A DNA stretch of 64,000 nt, taken from positions 256,001 through 320,000 of the forward strand of contig CP169074.1 in the NCBI GenBank assembly GCA_041891055.1. The letters run 5' to 3'. Position numbers and translations under genes: made by a program. This stretch comes from Halorutilales archaeon Cl-col2-1. Its GTDB lineage: Archaea > Halobacteriota > Halobacteria > Halobacteriales > Afararchaeaceae. This document shows positions 58,894 through 64,000 of the stretch, piece by piece. Numbering within the stretch: the stretch's first letter is position 1; every line of letters starts with the position of its first letter. The notes below the pieces were generated by a model. That model did not search any database and was not told where the DNA came from. It was given only the letters and a program-made list of their open reading frames with translations.

Positions 58894-60939
58894 ATGACTA
58901 CATCCTCACTATCTGACTCTACTGAGCCGGATTACTCGAAAGTCGGCGTAGGCGTCGATGTCGGCGGAACCTTCACCGACACTGTACTCGTGTTCCCCGG
59001 AGGAGTCGTGACCACGAAGGTTCCCACGACGGAGGATCAGAGCCGAGGCGTCGTAGAAGGAATACGTAAGGCGTGCGAGAAAGCCGGACTGTCTCCCGAG
59101 GAGATAGACGGCTTCAGCCACGCGATGACTGTCTCGGTGAACGCCGTACTTGAAAGGGACGGAGCCGAGACGGCTCTCGTGACCACAGAGGGATTCAGAG
59201 ACGTCCTCGGAATAGGGCGTCAGGATCGACCCGACCTCTACGACCTTGAAGCCGAGAAGACACCGCCTCTCGTGCCGCGAGAAAGGAGGTACGAGATAGA
59301 CGAGAGAGCCACATCCGAGAGAATCGAGAAAGAGGTCGACCCCGACGAGGTCAGGTCGGTCACGTCGGAGATAGAGGATGACGTCGAGGCAGTAGCTGTC
59401 TGTCTCCTCCATTCGTACGCCCATCCCGAGAACGAGACGAGGGTCGCCGAAATAATAAAGGACGAGACCGAGTCAGTACGTGTCTCAACGTCACACGAGG
59501 TTCTCGCCGAGTTCCGTGAGTACGAGAGAGCCTCGACGACAGCCGTCGACGCCTATGTCTCCCCAGTGATGGAGTCGTACCTCTCACGTCTCTCAGAGAG
59601 AGCCTCGGATATCGGCATACCCGACCCTGACGTGATGCAGTCGAACGGGGGAGTTTCGAGCCTTGAAGCTGTCAGACACAAGCCCGTGACAACACTTTTC
59701 TCGGGTCCAGCTGCGGGGGTCGTCGGTGCAAGGACAGTCTCACGTGGAGTCGACGTCGAGGGGGTCGTCACCTTCGACATGGGTGGCACCTCGACTGACG
59801 TCAGCCTCGTGCGCGACGGTGAGATAGAGAGATCCACGAGTAACGAGGTCGGCGGTCATCCCGTCGGAGTACCCATGGCAGACATCGAGACGGTCGGGGC
59901 GGGAGGAGGAAGTATAGCCTGGATCGACGACGGAGGTGCTCTACGTGTGGGTCCCGAGTCGACAGGTGCCTATCCGGGACCAGCGTGTTACGGACGCGGC
60001 GGAGAGGAGCCGACGGTAACCGACGCTGACGCTGTCCTCGGCTACATACGCGGGAGCCTCGGAGGGGAGGTGAAGCTGAGAGACGACAAGGCACGCGAAG
60101 CTGTTGAGAGACTCGCCGATCAGACTCAGATGGACGTCACAGAGACGGCAGCGGGCATCCACAGGGTGGCTAACTCGAACACGGCGAGGGCTGTGAGATC
60201 GGCTACCGTCGAGAGGGGACACGACCCGAGAGAGTTCGGCATAGTAGCCTACGGGGGAGCAGGACCTATGCACGCAGCCCCGGTCGCCGACGAACTCGGC
60301 ATCGAGACAGTCGTAGTTCCGAGAGCCGCGGGGGTTCTGTCGGCTTACGGACTCCTCGCGGCTGACGAGAGACACGACGCTGTGAGGAGCCATCTCGTGG
60401 GACTCGACGAGGTCGACGTCTCGGAAGTCGAGGCAGTCTACGCCGAGATCGAGGACGAGTTATTAGAGGAGACATCAGGTGACAGAGACGAGGTGCGTAT
60501 TCAGAGACACGCCGACCTGAGATACGAGGGACAGAGCTTCGAACTCACTGTCGAGGTCGACGACCCCTTCGACCCCGAGTCAGCGAGACGCAGGTTCGAG
60601 GAGGAACACGAGAAGAGCTACGGCTACTCTCTCGGAGATGGAGAGGATGTCGAAGTAGTCAGCCTCAGAGCCGAGTCGGTCGCCGAGAGACTCCGTCCCG
60701 ATATGGGGGTAGAGGAAGCTGAGGGAGATCCCGTCAAGGATGTCCGTGAGACTTACTTCCCGGGAGACGGATTCGGTGAGACACGGGTCTACGACAGACG
60801 TCTTCTGAGTACTCAGGACGAGGTCTCGGGAAGAGCCGTCATCGAGGACGAGGAAACCACAGTCGTAGTCCCGCCGTCTTGGAAAGCGACTCTCTCAGAG
60901 AACGGTAACATAGCCGTCGAGAAGAAGGAGGTGAGTTAG
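58894..60939 (+). CDS. hyuA: Hydantoinase/oxoprolinase subunit A
   Basis: Motifs GVDVGGTFTD, SGPAAG, DMGGTSTD, GAGGGS and GGAGPMH. Confidence 0.88.
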   Translation: MTTSSLSDSTEPDYSKVGVGVDVGGTFTDTVLVFPGGVVTTKVPTTEDQSRGVVEGIRKACEKAGLSPEEIDGFSHAMTVSVNAVLERDGAETALVTTEGFRDVLGIGRQDRPDLYDLEAEKTPPLVPRERRYEIDERATSERIEKEVDPDEVRSVTSEIEDDVEAVAVCLLHSYAHPENETRVAEIIKDETESVRVSTSHEVLAEFREYERASTTAVDAYVSPVMESYLSRLSERASDIGIPDPDVMQSNGGVSSLEAVRHKPVTTLFSGPAAGVVGARTVSRGVDVEGVVTFDMGGTSTDVSLVRDGEIERSTSNEVGGHPVGVPMADIETVGAGGGSIAWIDDGGALRVGPESTGAYPGPACYGRGGEEPTVTDADAVLGYIRGSLGGEVKLRDDKAREAVERLADQTQMDVTETAAGIHRVANSNTARAVRSATVERGHDPREFGIVAYGGAGPMHAAPVADELGIETVVVPRAAGVLSAYGLLAADERHDAVRSHLVGLDEVDVSEVEAVYAEIEDELLEETSGDRDEVRIQRHADLRYEGQSFELTVEVDDPFDPESARRRFEEEHEKSYGYSLGDGEDVEVVSLRAESVAERLRPDMGVEEAEGDPVKDVRETYFPGDGFGETRVYDRRLLSTQDEVSGRAVIEDEETTVVVPPSWKATLSENGNIAVEKKEVS

Positions 60940-62490
60940 ATGCTCGATCCTGTCGAGACCGAGATACTCCGGAACCGTCTCGAAGCCGTAGCCGACGAGA
61001 TGGGCGACGTCCTCATAAGATCGTCCTACTCCCCCAACATAAAGGAACGTCAGGACTGCTCGACCGCAGTCTTCGACACCGACGGACGTATGGTCGCACA
61101 GGCGGAGCACATACCCGTCCATCTCGGAGCGATGCCCGAAGCGGTCGACGCTGTTCTGGAGATGAAACCGTCGCCGGGAGATGTCTTCGCTCTTAACGAC
61201 CCCTACGCCGGAGGGACACATCTACCCGACATCACTCTCGTCTCTCCCGTAACCTCAGACGACGAAGACGAGATAATCGGATACGCCGTCTCACGTGCCC
61301 ACCACGCTGACGTAGGGGGGTCGACCCCCGGAAGCATGCCAGCGGGTGCGACCGAGATATACGAGGAGGGACTCCGTATACCTCCCGTACGTCTAGTCTC
61401 AGAGGGAGAGACCAACACCGACATACTCGACCTCATACTCTCGAACGTCCGTAACCCCGACGAGAGGGAGTCCGACCTGAGGGCACAGATCGGAGCCAAC
61501 AGACGTGCCGAGGAGAGAGTACGTGAGGTGGTAGAAGGACTCGACGTCTCCGTAGACGAAGCTTTCGACGCCGTGATCGAGTACTCACGACGTCGGACAG
61601 TCTCGGAGATAGAGTCGATAGACGACGGCGAGTACGTCGCTGAGGACGTCTTGGAAGGCGACGGTGTCACCGACGACGACATACGTATACGTGCGACGGT
61701 CACAGTAGACGGAGACGGGATTGAGGTCGACTTCTCGGGGACAGATCCACAGACACGTGGAAACGTCAACGCGCCTCTGTCAGTGGCGAAAAGTGCGGTC
61801 TACTACGTCGTGAGATCTGTCACAGACCCCGACATACCCCCGAACCACGGCTGTTACGAGCCCGTCAGAGTCGAGGCTCCGAAAGGCTGTCTCCTTAATC
61901 CCGAGCCTCCCGCCGGAGTAGTTGGAGGCAACGTCGAGACTAGCCAGCGTATCACCGACGTCGTATTCGACGCATTCGACTACGCGGTCGACGTGCCCGC
62001 ACAGGGTCAGGGGAGTATGAACAGCCTTATAATAGGATCGTCGTCCGCCGAGCCGGAGTTCACCTACTACGAGACTATCGCGGGAGGCTCGGGTGGAAGT
62101 CCCCGAACTGACGGTATGGACGGCGTCCACGTCGGGATGACGAACACACTCAACACTCCGGTCGAGTCGCTCGAAAACGAGTATCCCCTGCGTGTCGAGG
62201 AGTACTCGCTCAGGGACGGAAGCGGCGGCGAGGGAAGACACAGGGGAGGAATGGGTATCGTGAGATCCCTACGTCTTGAAGCCGACTCGACTGTCTCGCT
62301 GATAACCGACAGACGACGACACGCCCCGAGAGGTAGGAACGGCGGAGGGGTCGGTGCTCTTGGCAGGAACCTCATCGACGGGGAAGAGGTCGGAGCGAAG
62401 ACGACAGTCGAAGCCGAAGAGGGATCCGTCGTGACTGTCAAGACCCCGGGAGGCGGTGGCTACGGAGTCCCGGACGACGCCTCTGAGTAG
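60940..62490 (+). CDS. hyuB: Hydantoinase/oxoprolinase subunit B
   Basis: Motifs SPNIKERQDCS, HIPVHLG, NDPYAGGTHLPD, HHADVGG and TPGGGGYG. Confidence 0.88.
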   Translation: MLDPVETEILRNRLEAVADEMGDVLIRSSYSPNIKERQDCSTAVFDTDGRMVAQAEHIPVHLGAMPEAVDAVLEMKPSPGDVFALNDPYAGGTHLPDITLVSPVTSDDEDEIIGYAVSRAHHADVGGSTPGSMPAGATEIYEEGLRIPPVRLVSEGETNTDILDLILSNVRNPDERESDLRAQIGANRRAEERVREVVEGLDVSVDEAFDAVIEYSRRRTVSEIESIDDGEYVAEDVLEGDGVTDDDIRIRATVTVDGDGIEVDFSGTDPQTRGNVNAPLSVAKSAVYYVVRSVTDPDIPPNHGCYEPVRVEAPKGCLLNPEPPAGVVGGNVETSQRITDVVFDAFDYAVDVPAQGQGSMNSLIIGSSSAEPEFTYYETIAGGSGGSPRTDGMDGVHVGMTNTLNTPVESLENEYPLRVEEYSLRDGSGGEGRHRGGMGIVRSLRLEADSTVSLITDRRRHAPRGRNGGGVGALGRNLIDGEEVGAKTTVEAEEGSVVTVKTPGGGGYGVPDDASE

Positions 62491-62580
62491 ACACAGCGTA
62501 TCGCGTCGGCTGACGTAAGCCTTATACCTTTTGCACTACTCTGTACATTAGAAGACATACTTGTACACGAGGGAACATAC

Positions 62581-63579
62581 ATGGAGGAATACATAGAGAA
62601 GACGGTCGACGGCGAGAACCTGAGCTTAGAGGAGGCTAAGGAAGCCGCCGACGCAGTCTTCGAGGACGCGACTGACGCACAGATAGGGGCACTCCTCGCG
62701 GGTCTCAGAGCGAAGGGCGAGACAGAGGAGGAGATAGCGGGCTTTGCGATGGGAATGAGGGACGCTGCCGAGACTATATCGCCCGACGCCGAGCCCCTGA
62801 TAGACACGTGCGGAACCGGAGGCGACGACTACGACACTATAAATGTCTCTACGGCGACATCGGTGGTAGCGGCGTCGGCAGACGTAGCAGTCGCCAAACA
62901 CGGTAACTACTCGGTCTCGTCGAACAGCGGAAGTGCGGATGTCTTCGACGAACTCGGTGTCGAGATAGAAGCCGATCCCGACGAGGTCGAGAGATCGATC
63001 GAGGAGGCAGGAATAGGATTCATGCTCGCGCCCGTCTTCCATCCCGCGATGGGACGTGTGATAGGACCCAGGAAGGAGCTCGGGATGAGGACGGTCTTCA
63101 ACATACTCGGTCCTCTCACCAACCCCGCGGGAGCCGACGCACAGGTCGTGGGAGTCTACGACGAGGATCTCGTGGGCAAGATCGCACGTGTCCTGAGCCT
63201 GATGGAGGTGGAGGACGCGGTAGTCGTCCATGGCTCGGGACTCGACGAGATCTGTCTCCACGGCGAGACGACCGTAGCAGAGACCCACGGCGACGACGTC
63301 GAGGAGTACAGTATAACCCCCGAGGAGATCGGACTCGAAAGGGCTCCAATAGACGAGGTCGCGGGAGGCGGTCCAGAGGAGAACGCACGTGACCTCGAAC
63401 GTATCTTCTCGGGCGAGGAGGACGGTGCGAAACGCGACATAGTCTTAGCCAACTCGGGTGCGGCACTCTATGTCGCCGGAGTCGCGGGATCGTTCGAGGA
63501 GGGTGTCGAGATAGCTGAGAATAGGGTCGAGGAAGGCGATCCACTCGAAAAGCTCCACGACTTCTCGGAGATCCAGTGA
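62581..63579 (+). CDS. trpD: Anthranilate phosphoribosyltransferase
   Basis: Motifs DTCGTGGD, KHGNYSVSSNSGSAD, FNILGPLTNP and GLDE. Confidence 0.95.
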   Translation: MEEYIEKTVDGENLSLEEAKEAADAVFEDATDAQIGALLAGLRAKGETEEEIAGFAMGMRDAAETISPDAEPLIDTCGTGGDDYDTINVSTATSVVAASADVAVAKHGNYSVSSNSGSADVFDELGVEIEADPDEVERSIEEAGIGFMLAPVFHPAMGRVIGPRKELGMRTVFNILGPLTNPAGADAQVVGVYDEDLVGKIARVLSLMEVEDAVVVHGSGLDEICLHGETTVAETHGDDVEEYSITPEEIGLERAPIDEVAGGGPEENARDLERIFSGEEDGAKRDIVLANSGAALYVAGVAGSFEEGVEIAENRVEEGDPLEKLHDFSEIQ

Positions 63580-64000
63580 TGGTACGTGTCAAGATCTGTG
63601 GAGTGACCGACTCCGACGGTCTCGGAAAGGTCGTAAGATCGGGAGCCGACGCAGTCGGATTTATCACTCAGGTTCCCGTCGATACGCCGCGTAACCTCTC
63701 TGTCGAGGAGGTCTCACGCCTCGTCTCAGAGACGCCGCCCTTCGTGACCACCGTCGCTGTCGTGATGCCTGACTCCGCCGACGAGGCTGTCGAGATAGCC
63801 GAGTCGTCGGGAGCCGACGTCCTACAGGTACACAGCCACTTAGAGCCCGACGAAGTCGAGTACCTGAGCCGAGAGACCGACGCAGGTGTCGTCAAGAGGG
63901 TGGAGCCGAATCCCGAACACGCGACGAAGTACTCCGAGACAGCCGACGCTCTCATAGTGGACTCGACCGACGAAGACGGCGCGGGGGGAACCGGAGAGAC
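63579..64000 (+). CDS. trpF: Phosphoribosylanthranilate isomerase (partial, runs off the window)
   Basis: TGATG coupling with trpD. Manual translation MVRVKICGVT...GADAVGFI...LQVH...IVDS...GAGGTG. Confidence 0.9.
   Translation, partial: MVRVKICGVTDSDGLGKVVRSGADAVGFITQVPVDTPRNLSVEEVSRLVSETPPFVTTVAVVMPDSADEAVEIAESSGADVLQVHSHLEPDEVEYLSRETDAGVVKRVEPNPEHATKYSETADALIVDSTDEDGAGGTGE

Overview
64 kb of a haloarchaeal chromosome: GC-rich, very acidic proteins, TATA-box and often leaderless genes, and the archaeal dtdA-ftsZ-secE-spt5 cluster. Frequent ATA/AGA/AGG codons and some methanogen-like enzymes suggest a deep-branching lineage (inference). Most genes are housekeeping: leuB-family dehydrogenase, dapA/B/F, gltBD, moaA, ctaA/ctaB, ilvD, aroE, queCE, phr, riboflavin reductase, two P-type ATPases, hyuAB and trpDF. 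There are two insertion sequences, a dead IS6 and an intact IS5-family element with an 8-bp TSD. Three things stand out. (1) An apparent ApbE/flavinylation-based membrane electron-transfer cluster (45.6-50.5 kb) has two cytochrome-b-like proteins, a small Ca-binding-repeat protein ending in a TGAS flavinylation-like motif, and a regulator pair, all linked by a shared TTCGA-N4-TGTACG motif. (2) A ~48-bp double-hairpin element occurs as a four-unit tandem array with covarying stems and as a single copy inserted into the IS6 transposase. (3) A ~110-nt stem-loop lies upstream of a DUF5794-like gene. No rRNA, tRNA or CRISPR array was recognised. Family names come from motif recognition by eye, not database searches.
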